The translations under genes and the position numbers were made by a program. The notes beneath the pieces were generated by a model, which had not been told where the DNA came from, made no database searches, and saw only the letters and a program-made list of their open reading frames with translations. Shown in pieces: positions 14,626 to 29,221 of a stretch of DNA of 64,000 nucleotides. Within the stretch, counting starts at the first letter, position 1; every line of letters starts with the position of its first letter. This stretch comes from Octopus vulgaris (lineage: Eukaryota), in contig OX597815.1 of assembly GCA_951406725.2 (NCBI GenBank), forward strand, positions 7,502,001 through 7,566,000, read 5' to 3'.

Positions 14626-15761
14626 TCTGCCTCTTTTCTATACGCATCTCATACAACCAGCTTATTCCCATGTATGTCATTTCATGTGTGTGTTTCTATA
14701 CGCATTAACAACTATATACTCAAATACACAACGCTTAAATATATAGCTGTATATACACACACATACATAACCACATACATACATACATACATACATACAT
14801 ACATACATACATACATACATACATACATACATACATACATACATACATACATACATAAATATGTATGGATGTATGTTCGTGTGTGTATATATGTGTATGT
14901 TTGTATACATACATATACATACGTGTATATGTGCACAAATATATACATATACTCACACATATATATTCTTGATCGCTGCGCGTTTCTTGTTTTGTTTTTT
15001 TTTAAACGTCACATATGACTAAAAGCCTTGGTCTTCTTACACAGAAGCTGGAGAGCATTTGATTAAATTTTTTTCTTCTTATTTCTATAATACAACTCCG
15101 TTAGATAAATGTGTGTTCAGCGGTGCATCTCTTGTGTCGCTACTATTGATATTGAGTCTAATATTACACGAAGCTAACCAGTCACTGTTGCATTGACTAA
15201 CCCTGTGTCAGAACCTATTCGATCACAACTAACCTGACGTTACCCCAACCGAGAAGAATTTACGAGAAGAATATTTGGCGTAAATACAATTCTTTGATCG
15301 TGCCTACAAGAAAACAGTTTGTTTGACGAATTATAAGAACTGTGGTAAATTGAATACCAAAAAATTACCTATTCGCCCGAACGTGGCTTTGATCGTTCTC
15401 CCACAAGGAAATCTTTCGTTAACTGTTGCAGAATCAATCTCAGGAAATTGTACCATTTTAACGACAGGTTTCGTGCTACAAGAAAAGCTATTACTAACAA
15501 CTTTTTGTTTGATTCGAATAACTTATCTGCGCTGCTGGCGACACCTGTTGGTATAATTTTACATTCGATGCTCTCCTACTTTGAATCGACGATTTGGCTG
15601 GAATGCATAATCGTTAAATATTAGAACTTTCCATTTATTCTTTAACCTCTGATGTGGTGTTCGTAATCCGTTTAACGCTACTCTTTACATTGGGTGATTT
15701 ACGAAGACTAAAGATTGATTTGTGTAATTATTGAGTGATTTATTTTTACTGTTATTTGGAT

Positions 15762-15964
15762 TACTCTTTTACTCTTTTCTCTCTTTTACTTGTTTCAGTC
15801 AGTTGACTGCGGCCATGCTGGAGCACCGCCTTTAATCGAGCAACTCGACCCCGAGACTTATTCTTTTTGTAAGCCCAGTACTTATTCTATCGGTCTCTTT
15901 TGCCGAACCGCTAAATGACGGGGACATAAACACCAGCATCGGTTGTCAAGCAATGCTAGTGGGA

Positions 15965-16016
<52 letters not shown>

Positions 16017-16187
16017 CATATATACGACAGGCTTCTTTCAGTTTCCGTCCACTAAATCCACTCACAAGGCTTTGGTCGGCCCGGGGCTATAGCAGAAGAC
16101 ACTTGCCCAAGATGCCACGCAGTGGGACTGAACCCGGAACCATGTGGCTGGTTAGCAAGCTACTTACCACACAACCACTCCTGCGCC
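15762..16187 (-). mobile_element. SINE family A, full length
   Basis: Reverse complement of the family consensus, including the (TAAAAGAG)n tail. Confidence 0.93.
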
Positions 16188-17143
16188 TTGTGTAATTATT
16201 GTGCAATTATCGTGTGATTTTTCTACTGTTATTTGGATTGTTTGAATTATTGATGCTCTTTTTAAAGTCTTCTCTAAGCTGGGTCAATCAGGAAAGCAAT
16301 TCGATTTTAGTGTGACATGTTTGGTTTGTAGTGTTGCAAATTTGGCTTCAACACTTGACAGAGGTGGGAAAAAAACATTCCTAATTCTGGAGGTGGGTGC
16401 ATCAACACCAGCATGGCCACAATCCAAAATCTGAAACCAGATTTAAAAAAGGATTAAAAGAATTATAGGATAATTTCCAGTGGAATAATAATGGTTCTGA
16501 AAAATATAGAATTGGCAAATGTGTTTATGTAAAGAATTTAGAGTTTGAAGGATGGTGGCAAAAGTGAAACCAGCGAAAGGATGAAAGAATACAAACAGCA
16601 GAAGAGAAATGAAAGATTTCCCAACAATAACCATTCCAATGGACAATTCTATCTTGTTTGTTACATTATTGAACATCAGAAGACATTCAATGGAAACATG
16701 GTGGCAATCTTTCTCTCTCGCTCTGCATCTCTTACTTTCACTTTCACTTTCCCCCCCTCTCTCTACCTCTCTCTCTCTCTACTTCTCTTATTCTCTCAGT
16801 TACTGTTACTGCCTTTTTTCTTCCTTTTTTTTTTCGCACATTAAACCTCTTTCTTTCTTTCGTTGTCTTTCTCTTTCTCTCATGCAAACACTCATTCCCT
16901 CACATTAAGATACTCTGTGTGTGTGTGTGTGTGTGTATGTGTGTGTGTACGTATGTGTGTATGTGTGTGTATGTGTGTGTATGTGTGTGTGTGTGTGTGT
17001 ATGCATACATATAAATATGCATATATATATATGCACATATGTATGTATGAATGCATTTCTATCACTCATATATATATATATATATATGTATGTATTTATG
17101 TATGTATATATATATGTATGTATATATGTATGTATATATACAT

Positions 17144-17202
<59 letters not shown>

Positions 17203-17907
17203 ACACACACATGTATATACACGCACATGTGTAAGTGTATGCATGCATGTGTGTGCGCTTGTGATGATATGTGTGTCCGTGTGTGTGTGCATGCGCCGTG
17301 TACCATTTCGACTTCAGTGAAATCTAAAGAATCTATTAATATAAGCAGCACGCGAAAACTCGAGTTAAAAATTAGTAGACAAATTGCTCTACACACCAAC
17401 CAAATACACACCCTACACGCCACACACAGACACATATAAACCACAGACACATATATACGCGCATACACACACATATATATATAGTTACATGCAAGCATAC
17501 ATTATATACATACATTACATACACACATGTTTATTTATACACACACACACACGCATTCAAAAAGAAATATATATTTCTGTAATATTTACTTACAAACGCA
17601 GAAACACATACCAAAGGATATACATAACAGAGATCAAAGATGCAAGTTTGCCTATGTGTGTGCATGCGTGTTTGTGTATATGTGTGTGTGTGTGTGCATG
17701 TGTGTGTGTGCATGTGTGTGTATACATGCGTGTGTGTGTGTGTGTGTGTGCATCTGTGTGAGTGTGTGCGTATTGTGCTGTGGTCCATACATATACGTGC
17801 TTATACACTGTGTATGCGTTGATGTATATAAGTATTTTTTATGTATGCATGTATATATGCATGTATATATACATGTATGTATGTATATATGTATATACGT
17901 GTTTGCA

Positions 17908-17948
<41 letters not shown>

Positions 17949-17976
17949 GTGTGTGCATGTGAGTAGCTATGCATGT

Positions 17977-18017
<41 letters not shown>

Positions 18018-18240
18018 CACACATACATATATACATAAAACAAATATGTATGTATACATATATGCACATGTATGTGTGTATATGTACAGTTATGCATTAT
18101 GGTTTATATATATGTATATATATATATATATATATACACGATTCACACACTCGGATATGGATTTATATATTAAAATTACATCGTTATATATTTATGCAGA
18201 TATGTGCATATATGCAAGCGAACATATACACGCACACACA

Positions 18241-18285
<45 letters not shown>

Positions 18286-18295
18286 ATATGTGTGT

Positions 18296-18334
<39 letters not shown>

Positions 18335-18494
18335 CGTATAAGCACCCTCTCGTGTGTGTATTTGCCTATTTGTTAAAGCTTAATATCTGAAACCTCTATA
18401 CTGTCGTTTGATATTGTCGTTCAATTTTGTTTCAACTCGAAATATCAATAATACGAGTGGTGGTGATGATGATGATGATGATGATGACGATAAC

Positions 18495-18565
<71 letters not shown>

Positions 18566-18722
18566 GGACAATAAATGGCAACAACCGAAGCAATAACAAA
18601 GTTATAATAATGGTAACAACATCAATAACAACAACAACAACAACAGCTGAAACAATAACAGGACTTAAAACAGCATCTATAACAAACGCTGTGTCCACAA
18701 TGGAAATCCACCTCCTCTTTAG

Positions 18723-18753
<31 letters not shown>

Positions 18754-18871
18754 GTCGTCGTCGTCGTCATTATTTTCATCTTTATCCTCATCATCGCATA
18801 CCCGTCGTATTCATCACTGCTATTATCGTCATCGTTATCCTCCTCCTCCTCCTCCTCCTCATTAGTTTCAT

Positions 18872-18902
<31 letters not shown>

Positions 18903-19193
18903 ATCGTCATCATCACCGTTCTCATCGCAGTCCCGTCGTCTTCACTGCTATTATCGTCCTCGTCCCCCTTGTTCTCTTTCTCCTCGTCCTTGTCCTCTTC
19001 CTCATCGTCGTCGTCGTCGTCCTCCCCTCCTCCTCCTCCTCCTCTTCCTCTTCCTCATCATCATCATCATCATCAACATCAGCAACACAAAACAACAACT
19101 ACAACAACGTCAAGAACAACAGAACTGAAAACTCCAGATAACAAACGATATCTCCATCATCCGATTCACCATAATCATTGCCACCATTAGCTG

Positions 19194-19229
<36 letters not shown>

Positions 19230-19279
19230 TATCATTGTCGTCAGCATCCTCATCATCGTCGTCGTTGTCGTCGAGGTCT

Positions 19280-19310
<31 letters not shown>

Positions 19311-20090
19311 CTTCATCATCATCATCATCATCATCATCATCTCCATCTTCATCATCATCATCACCATCATCATCATCATTGCAGCAATAAAAACAAACAA
19401 TAACGACAGATAGCAAATAGCAATGTTTATTTCTTTTATACACACATTACACATATACACATGCACACACAAACGTACACACATATAGATACATGTATAT
19501 ACCAACTTATACATTTATATACACATACATACATACACTCATATATATATATATATATATATATAAATATATCAATGTGTGTTACTTTGCTACTTTAAAC
19601 AGTAGAAGCTGCATTCTTTCTCCGTCAGATGGAGCCAGTTGCATTAGAAGTTTGTCGGAGGTAAAAATTCATTGATCTTAGATGAATGAAAAAAAAAGAA
19701 AATAATAAAACATAAACCAAAATAAAATAAAATATATGCAAAACACAATGAAGTAAAAAGAAAAAAATAATTTTTTTAAATCACTAAAAACAAACAAAAG
19801 CAACAAAAGCAACAAATAGATGTGATAAAAAGAATAAGAAGAAGAAAAAAGAACACCTCAATACATTAATAAGAATAAATATATAAAGAAATATATACAA
19901 TCTAATTTATTTGTGAATCAAAGTGATTTTACGTCAGTAGATGAAATAAAAAGAAAAGAGACGGCGAAAAAAAAAGAGAGAAAAATATCATTAAAAAATA
20001 ATATATATGTATGCGTGCGTGCATATGTAGACATATTATGTGATATATTGTACATATACACACACACACTCATCTGTATGTATTTCCGTA

Positions 20091-20157
<67 letters not shown>

Positions 20158-20215
20158 ATATGTATGTATGTATATGTCTGTATATATGTTTGTATACATC
20201 TATATACATACTTAG

Positions 20216-20264
<49 letters not shown>

Positions 20265-20507
20265 TACATATATACATACATGCATACATCCATATATATG
20301 TATATATGTATATATGTATCTATATACATATATACATCCATCCATCCATATATACAAACATATATATATGTATGTATATGTATGTATACATCTATATACA
20401 TACTTAGCTATATATAAATATATATCTATAAATATACCCACATATATACATATATACACACATATATATATATATACATATATACACATATATATATACA
20501 CATATAT

Positions 20508-20574
<67 letters not shown>

Positions 20575-21643
20575 CATATATATATATATATCTTAGAAAC
20601 CGAGTGGAAAATGATTGAAGCGGTTTACAGTTTCGGCCATCTTGATTTTCATATCTTACCTTCAAACATGTCGGTAGTTTTCTCTCTAAATATTACTTAT
20701 CATCTTTTATCGACACGCTTTCTTCTTCCCAAAGGCGCTTTCTACACTTTTTACACCCTTTTCAAAGCGAACTCTGTACACATTATTCTCACCACCCCTT
20801 TTCGTTCTCTCCCTCTTCTTCCCCCCTCTCTCTCCTCTTTCTCTCCGGTTTCTCCATTTCTTTCTATTTCTTCATTACACTCACAACTTTTTTTCTTTTA
20901 CTCCCCAGTTAACATTGTTGTTGTTGTCGTTGTCGTTGTTGTTGTTTTTGTTTTTTTCCTCGTCCATGTTTTCCATCTTTTATTATTATCCTACTTCCTC
21001 TTTGCTTCTCTTTTTTGATTTTCGGCTTTTTCTATTTTTCATTACTACGTTTTATAAATAAGTGCGTACGCACATATGTATGTATACACACACACACACA
21101 CAGATATGTATACAAACACACCTATATATTAATATATAACATACACATCTATACAATAATATACATACATATACATACACACACGTATATATTCCTTAAA
21201 TATTTTACTACGTTCTTACATTCTTTCTTTCAACAACTCCTTATACGTTTTTCTGTTCTTACTTTTCCACTTAAGACTTTATCCACCAATTCCTCTTCTC
21301 ATCAATCCTTCCTTCCTCTTCTTTCATTCCTTGTGTATCTTCCATTTTTGTTGTTTGCTTATTGTTACATTTTTGCTTCATATAAATACACACACACACA
21401 CATACATACATACATACATACATACATACATACATGCATACATACATACATAAACACATACATACATACATATTTCCTTTCGATTCTTCATCCATCAGAT
21501 TTCTTTTATTATCCTTAATTTTTATGTTATTTTACGTATTCATACATTTGTTTATTTACTATTTTTAGCTTGTTTCTTTCATCATCATCACTCGTTTATA
21601 TTTATGATACCCTCTCCATCCACCTTTCTCTCTCTCACACACA

Positions 21644-21712
<69 letters not shown>

Positions 21713-21736
21713 GTATATGTATATATATGTATATAT

Positions 21737-21785
<49 letters not shown>

Positions 21786-21924
21786 CATATATATATATGT
21801 ATGTGTATATATATGTGTATATATACATGTGTTAGTGTATATATATATATTTATTGATATATGTGTGCATGCGCGTGTGTGCATCTAATATATCTGTATG
21901 CATTTCCTAACATCTTTTTGCCTC

Positions 21925-21993
<69 letters not shown>

Positions 21994-22015
21994 ATATGTA
22001 TATTAGATTACACAA

Positions 22016-22092
<77 letters not shown>

Positions 22093-22470
22093 CTTGTGTG
22101 CATCTAATACTGTTGTTTGTAGCCATCGAAAGTATGACTGATGATCACGAGAGTCCACTTGGATACATCTGCGTAACCATGCTATAGATTTAAGTATATA
22201 CAGTTACCTACGCACAATAAATTCACTTATAAAACTCCCCTCTCACTGGAAGATTAACAAACAAAACCCCGAAGCATTTGTTAGCAACACTCAACGAGAA
22301 GGAGAAATTATTTCAAGAAATTATGGATTTATTGAATAATCTACATGTCAGCCTAATCTTTGTTGTAAACAAGGCACAAATGTGGACATATGTTTCTGTT
22401 TATTAAAACTCGTCAGAATAAAATATAGTTTTAATTTTCTTATATATCAGTAATCATATTCGTATATTAA

Positions 22471-22688
22471 CGATGGGGTGCTGAAATGTTCCTGGTTTTA
22501 AGGGTGTCGAAAAAGGTTTGGTTGGAGGCCCAACCTTCCGAGTTCTTTTACAGGGCTTAAAAAAGCTGAAGGATTACTGCAATAAGTGAGTAAATCTGAG
22601 AAGAAAATATGTTGAATAACGTCATAATTAACTGATCCTCCAGCATTTTCCTTCACCCAAAGCCAGGAAGTTTTTCAGCACCCATTCA
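22471..22688 (+). mobile_element. Tc1/mariner-derived MITE
   Basis: TIRs CGATGGGGTGCTGAAATGTTCCTGGTTT and AAAGCCAGGAAGTTTTTCAGCACCCATTCA. An internal remnant FFTGLKKLKDYCNK*VNLRRKYVE* resembles a mariner transposase C-terminus. Confidence 0.8.
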
Positions 22689-23009
22689 TAGAAACATAAT
22701 TAGGTATATTCTTTCGGCTGAAGGTAATTTACATTATCAACGATAAAAATTATTATGCTGCTAGTGTGGTGATAAGCGGTGGTGGGTTATGATTCACTCA
22801 AGAGCATTAAGCTGAACTCCATTAAAAATTGTGATAGACCACTTGGTGGTATTGAGCCAGACGATGAATTAGATCTAACACTCAGAACGGAACTGATAAG
22901 TTTCTCTTTAGCTTACAAAACTAAATTCATTTCCTCCAGCTGGAAAAATAAAACTACACGCAGCAGACCAATGCTAATGACCCAGTCGTTATCGTCACTG
23001 TTTCAGCCT

Positions 23010-23308
<299 letters not shown>

Positions 23309-23464
23309 TCATCCATCCATCTATCCACGCACCCACCCACCCACCCACCCATCCAACCAGCCATCCGTCCGTCCGTCCGTCCATCCGTCCGTCCGTCCAT
23401 CCGTCCGTCCGTCCGTCCGTCCGTCCGTCTGTCTGTTTGTCTATATATATCTATAATATTTATA

Positions 23465-23495
<31 letters not shown>

Positions 23496-23504
23496 TGTAT
23501 GTAG

Positions 23505-23881
23505 GTACAGGACGTCACCAACAGTAATCAACGTTAAATACGAGAACAAATGAGTTAAATACGCAAATAACGAGAGTGAAAAGGACAAATAATGCAACGA
23601 ATGACTCTTCATCAGTTGTCGGCTGAGTCTGAAAATTGTGAACACTGAGAGAAATATTTTCTTTGAAAAGAGAAAAGATGGAAGAGAGATATAGAAGACA
23701 TCCAGTACTTAGAACTTCTGTGCAGGAAAGAAAGATGGTCACGTGAGGAAAGAAAGATGGACGATGGTCACGTGTGAGCAACGAGAGAGAGAGAGAGAAA
23801 AAAAGAGAAAGAGAGCGAGAGAGACAGATAGAAACGATGAAAGGGAAAAGAAGGGAATTAGAGAGGATAGGGGAGAAAACA

Positions 23882-23943
<62 letters not shown>

Positions 23944-24278
23944 TATTATTCTTTAATTGAACGCCACGCATCCATTTCCAAATAAGTTTATCTTAACCCT
24001 TTTGATGCGACTCTACTCTATACTGTTTTCTCCCCTATCCTCTCTAATTCCTTTTTTTCGCTTTCACCGTTTTCTATCTGTCTCTCTCGCTCTCTTTCTC
24101 TTTTTTCTCTCTCTCTCTATCGTTGCTCACACGTGACCATCGTCCATCTTTCTTTCCTCGCGTGACCATCTTTCTTTCCTGCACAGACGTTCTAAGGACT
24201 GGATGTCTTCTATATCTCTCTTCCATCTTTTCTCTTATATACTTACTTGGAAATGGATGCGTGGCGTTCAATTAAAGA
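23505..24278. mobile_element. Head-to-head inverted pair of putative Penelope-like terminal-repeat fragments around (TA)n
   Basis: 23668-23886 is inverted with 24019-24236, and the 38-bp motif 23950-23987 is inverted with 24241-24278. Related to 45792-46290 and 37190-37425. The Penelope assignment is inferred from architecture and the hammerhead core; no ORF is present. Confidence 0.6.
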
Positions 24279-24760
24279 TTAACAGGAGAAGACAGTAAAT
24301 TCTCCAATCACCCAGTTTCATATAGGTACTGTAAGGAATTATATTTAATTGTTATGTAATTAGCCCATTTATCACATGATCATGTGATCACGTGACCGAC
24401 CAGATGATGAGACGTCTCACATGCAACCCGCTTCTCTAAAAGGGCTGCTCATACTTGATCTAGAAGTAAAGGTTAGCTCAGCACTGCCAGACCATCTAGT
24501 TGATCCTATAGCGAAGTACAGGTCACCGCCACATGGTCAGTACACTCCGATATAACGTATGTAACATATGAGGGTAGACTGTATAACTGTAAACAAAGAA
24601 CCTGGTTACAAGTGGAAAGTACACTTAAATGTTGCATTTAACCCACTTAAATTTAGATGCCATGATAAGTACTGATACTTGATATGAGAATGCACAGCAC
24701 TTCACTCTAAACAATAACGAATAATTATAATTGATAAATGGTCGGTTAGCTTGTAGTGTT

Positions 24761-25067
24761 GGACTAAAATCCTTTCATGAAGAACAAGCGTTCATGAAAT
24801 TCGTTTTCCACTGTAACGCATTATCTTAAAGACATAGCGTTGTTCAAACTATTAAAAGTATTTCTAGGCGTTGTCTTGTCCCAGATAACAATGTCTGACT
24901 TGTGAATCTTTTCAATGTCTGCATGAAATTTTAAATGCTACGCCAACACATTAAATCATATTAGTTATAGTCATAATTTTAATGAATAGAAAGATTTCAT
25001 GCTTTATAGAATTTGTGTGTACACCCTCTCTAGCCATTCACATCCACAATCCTTATTTATATATGTC

Positions 25068-25105
<38 letters not shown>

Positions 25106-25393
25106 TATAAGTTTACGCACATTAATGTTATGTAGGCATTTACTATTTCTATAAAGCATTAAGTGTTGCTATTCTTCAGAATTATGACTATAACTAATAT
25201 GTTTTAACGTGTTGGCATAACAGTTGAAATTTCACACTATTAATGAAAAGATCAAACGCCCAGACATTGTTATCTGGGATTTCAAAACGTCCTGAGACAC
25301 TTAAGCTAATTTGAACAACACTACGTCTTCAAGATAACGCAATTCAATGGAAAATACATTTTATTTTAGTACCTCGTTGCCTTATTAAAGTCC
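24761..25393. mobile_element. Old foldback/MITE with degenerate inverted arms of about 240 bp
   Basis: About 24761-25012 versus 25147-25393, for example TCCCAGATAACAATGTCTG / CAGACATTGTTATCTGGGA and ATATTAGTTATAGTCATAATT / AATTATGACTATAACTAATAT. Confidence 0.75.
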
Positions 25394-25509
25394 ATAAACC
25401 TATCATATGTGTGTGTATGTGTTTATACATGTATACACAAACACATGTGGGTATAAATATATATATATATATATATATATTTATTTATATTTCACCCAAT
25501 TAATGGGTT

Positions 25510-25909
25510 GGAGTGGCTGTGTGGTAAGTAGCTTGCTTACGAACCACATGGTTCCGGGTTCAATCCCACTGCGTGGCATCTTGGGCAAGTGTCTTCTACT
25601 ATAGCCTCGGGCCGACCAAAGTTGGTAGACGGAAACTGAAAGAAACCCGTCGTATATATGTGTATATATATATATATTTATGTATGAGTGTGTATATGTT
25701 TGTGTGTCTGTGTTTGTCCTCCCAACATCGCTTGACAACCGATGCTGGTGTGTTTACGCCCCCGTAACTTAGCGGTTCGGTAAAAGCTACCGATAGAATA
25801 AGTACTAGGCTTACAAAGAATAAGTCCTGGGTTCGATTTGCTCGACTAAAGGCGGTGCTCCAGCATGGCCACAGTCAAATGACTGAAACAAGTAAAAGAG
25901 TAAAAGAGT
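25510..25909 (+). mobile_element. SINE family A (small internal deletion)
   Basis: Matches the family consensus from head to tail. Confidence 0.92.
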
Positions 25910-26462
25910 AATATATATATATATGTTTGTATATATATATATATATACACACACAGAAACATATTTATATATATACACAAGCATATGAATGCATTCACAT
26001 ACCCATATATATATATGTGCGTGTATATATGCATATATGGACGTATAAGTGGTGGTGAGGTTATAGAGAGATAATATAATATTGGAGAACAAATAATTGA
26101 ATATACCATATACACACGCGCACGCTCTCACTCGCATGATCGCGCGCAGATACGCGTGTATTATAGACAGAATTTCGACTGGGCGACTCGACCTGCAGGA
26201 AAAAGTAACTAAGTATCGCTCAAATCACAACCTACCATAGTAAGAAAGATAGATAACATATATATATATAGCCAGGGATATTATAGTTCACTATAGTGGA
26301 CTAAATCTTGGACGTGTTGATGTTAATTCTGTTGAATCATGGTCGATCTAGGTTAAAACACAACAAGATATAAATTGTAGCTTTGTTGAAGCACGGCTGA
26401 TCTGGGGGTTGAGCAAGAAGGGGACAAAATTGCAGCTATACTGAATCATGTCTAACCTACAG

Positions 26463-26832
26463 CTTAAACGCCGCCGCCATGGTGATCTCATTCTCGCTCA
26501 CAACATCATAAGCGGAAAGTGTAACCTCTCGAAAGAGCTGTTCCTCACTCTGCCAAAGAGCGTCGGCTGCGGGGTCATTCCGAAAAGCTCTATCTGCGAC
26601 GATTTCATCTCAATCGAAGGAGAGGGGCTTTCTCCGTCCGGGTTGCGGATCCGTGGAACAAGCTGCCAGACGAGATGGTGAAGATGCCGATGACCGCTTT
26701 GTTCAAAGTCTCCCTTGACCTCAAGTGGCCTGAACTCTTTACATGAACACCACCCTGTACATAACTCCATGTCCCCCTACATGGCCTTGCTTTTTGCTTT
26801 TTGAGCCAAAAAATTAACTAACTAACTAACTA
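26463..26832 (+). mobile_element. 5'-truncated CR1-clade LINE 3' end
   Basis: KRRRHGDLILAHNII../RRLRGHSEKLY..RRGAFSVRVADPWNKLP..FKVSLD is a CR1 ORF2 C-terminus. Short UTR and a (TAAC)n tail follow. Confidence 0.88.
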
Positions 26833-27375
26833 AACAGCGAGCAATAGCGACTACAGCATATAGATAAATATGGGTAACAGGCCTGTTGAACCATGGCTGA
26901 CCTGGGGTTAAACAACAACAACAACAACTACATTAACAATAAGCGTTTTCACTGAATTAGACAGTGAATCATTCATACGTTTGTTCGGTTTTGTTATATT
27001 TTTAATTGGCTTCGTAGAGCTTCAGTGAAAATATTTCCAACGACATTTGAATGACGAAAGTGAATTGAGTCGATCAAAAATGTTAAGTGCTAGTATTGCT
27101 CCCGTCTCGTCCCTTTTGATCAAGCTTTATTAGTTCTCTCGACACAATTAATTACTCCTTATTACCGCCGAGAGGTTGGAAGGTCTACTGTCGGTTTTCT
27201 TTTGTCTTGCTCGACACAACCACTTCACTTGGTCGGTGCCGGGTTTTAAAGGGATGCAAAGGACGATTGATTTGAATTTCGTTTTTAAATCCCCCTCGTT
27301 CCACTTGTTTCTGCATACGTGTAAATGTTTATGTGTGTGTATGTGAGTGTGAGTGTATGTGCGTACATATATATA

Positions 27376-27762
27376 GGCACAGGAGTGGCTGTGTGGTAAG
27401 TAGCTTGCTTACCAACCATATGGTTCCAGGTTCAGTCCCACTGCGTGGCATCTTGGGCAAGTGTCTTCTACTATAGCCCCGGGCCGACCAAAGCCTTGTG
27501 AGTGGATTTGGTAGACGGAAACTGAAAGAAGCCCGTCGTATATATGTATATATTTGTGTGTGTGTTTGTCCCCCTAGCATTGCTTGACAACCGATGCTGG
27601 TGTGTTTACGTCCCCGTAACTTAGCGGTTCGACAAAAGAGACCGATAGAATAAGTACTGGGCTTACAAAAAGAATAAGTCCCGGGGTCGATTTGCTCGAC
27701 TAAAGGCGGTGCTCCAGCATGGCCGCAGTCAAATGACTGAAACAAGTAAAAGAGTAAAAGAG
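27376..27762 (+). mobile_element. SINE family A, full length
   Basis: Matches the family consensus. Confidence 0.93.
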
Positions 27763-28361
27763 AAAATTAGTGTGTCTGTCTGTGTGGAACAGTGTGTCTC
27801 TGCCTGTAAGTGTCTGTACATCTCTATATGTGTGTGTTTGAAATGCTAATATATTCACGTGATCCGTTTCTAAGTGGATTACTTAACGAATTTCCATCTA
27901 AATTAGCTTCATTTAGTCGTTATTTTTCTTGTTATCTGAATTTATAAATGTGTGTGTGTGTGTACGTGAGCGTGTATGCGAGTGTGTGGGCGACTGTGTG
28001 AGCGTATGAGTGTGTGTGTGTGCATGTATGTGTGCGTGCGTATGGGTGTATATAAGTGTGGGCGTGTATGTGTGTGTACGTCTGTGAGTGTGTATGTGTG
28101 TATATGTATATGTGGGTACGTGTGAGTGTGTGTAACTGTGGATGCGCGCGCGCGCGCGTTTTTTTCCCCGTCTTGGCGGCTCAATCATCTCCGAACACTT
28201 CACTCTTTCTTACCTGCTACACCTCTATGTCACGCTTTTCGATCCGATGTTCTGTTCTCCGCGATTCCAAGGCCCATTACTTACGATTTTTGCAGACTGG
28301 TGATTTCATAGTCGGTCCATGCTCAACCTAAACTTAACTATACTTTTATGTCTGTACAGAA

Positions 28362-28760
28362 ACGAGCTGGCAGAATCGCTAGCACGCCGGGCGAAATGCT
28401 TAGCGGTATTTCGTCTGCCGTTATGTTCTGAGTTCAAATTCCGCCGAGGTCGACTTTGCCTTTCATCCTTTCGGGGTCGATTAAATAAGTACCAGTTACG
28501 CACTGGGGTCGATGTAATCGACTTAATCCGTTTGTCTGTCCTTGTTTGTCCCCTCTGTGTTTAGCCCCTTGTGGGTAGTAAAGAAATAGGTATTTCGTCT
28601 GCCGCTACGTTCTGAGTTCAAATTCCGCTGAGGTCGACTTTGCCTTTCATCCTTTCGGGTGTCGATAAATAAAGTACCAGTTACGCACTTGGGTCGTAAC
28701 GGCAGACGAAATACGCCTAAGCATTTCGCCCGGCGTGCTAACGTTTCTGCCAGCTCGCCG
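28362..28760. mobile_element. SINE family B, partial dimer (+, 28362-28696) fused to an inverted family B head (-, 28695-28760)
   Basis: Head GAGCTGGCAGAATCGCTAGC, B-box GAGTTCAAATTCC and central GCCTTTCATCCTTTCGGGGTCGAT. Confidence 0.88.
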
Positions 28761-28917
28761 GCTTCTTTCAGTTTCCATCAACCAAATTCACTCATAAGGC
28801 TTTGGTCGGCCAACGCTATAGTAGAAGACACTTGCCCAAGGTGCCACACGGTGGGAGTGAACCCGGGACCATGTGGTTGCGAAGCAAACTTCTTACCATA
28901 CAGCCATCTATGCCTGC
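28760..28917 (-). mobile_element. SINE family A 5' half, diverged
   Basis: Reverse complement of the head and CORE-like block. Confidence 0.82.
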
Positions 28918-29221
28918 ACCTTATTCACTTCTCCAACAAATCTCATACAAGTAGATTGCTATGATCTAAAACACGATCCCCCCCCCCCCCCGATTTCGGT
29001 GGCAGAATTAATCTAAGTATCTCCCATTTTTGATAAAATCGATAAAAGGTTATGCAAAGCAACAGCTCCTTCTGGTAAATTGTAGTACTGCGTCTGGTAC
29101 TAGGGAGATCTTATTCTCTAAACAAAATTTTATGGGTATCTAGCTGTAGGCCTTTCTAACTGGCTATACAGATCTGAGATCTGATCTCTTTGTAGGGCCA
29201 TTTTGGAACAATTAGATACCT

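Noticed and set aside
18380-19514. Poly-N/D/S/H ORFs
   Set aside because: Compound trinucleotide microsatellites with no unique coding signal.
22085-22155. CGAAA..CTGATGA in swapped order
   Set aside because: Only 6 nt lie between the motifs, and stems I and II cannot form.
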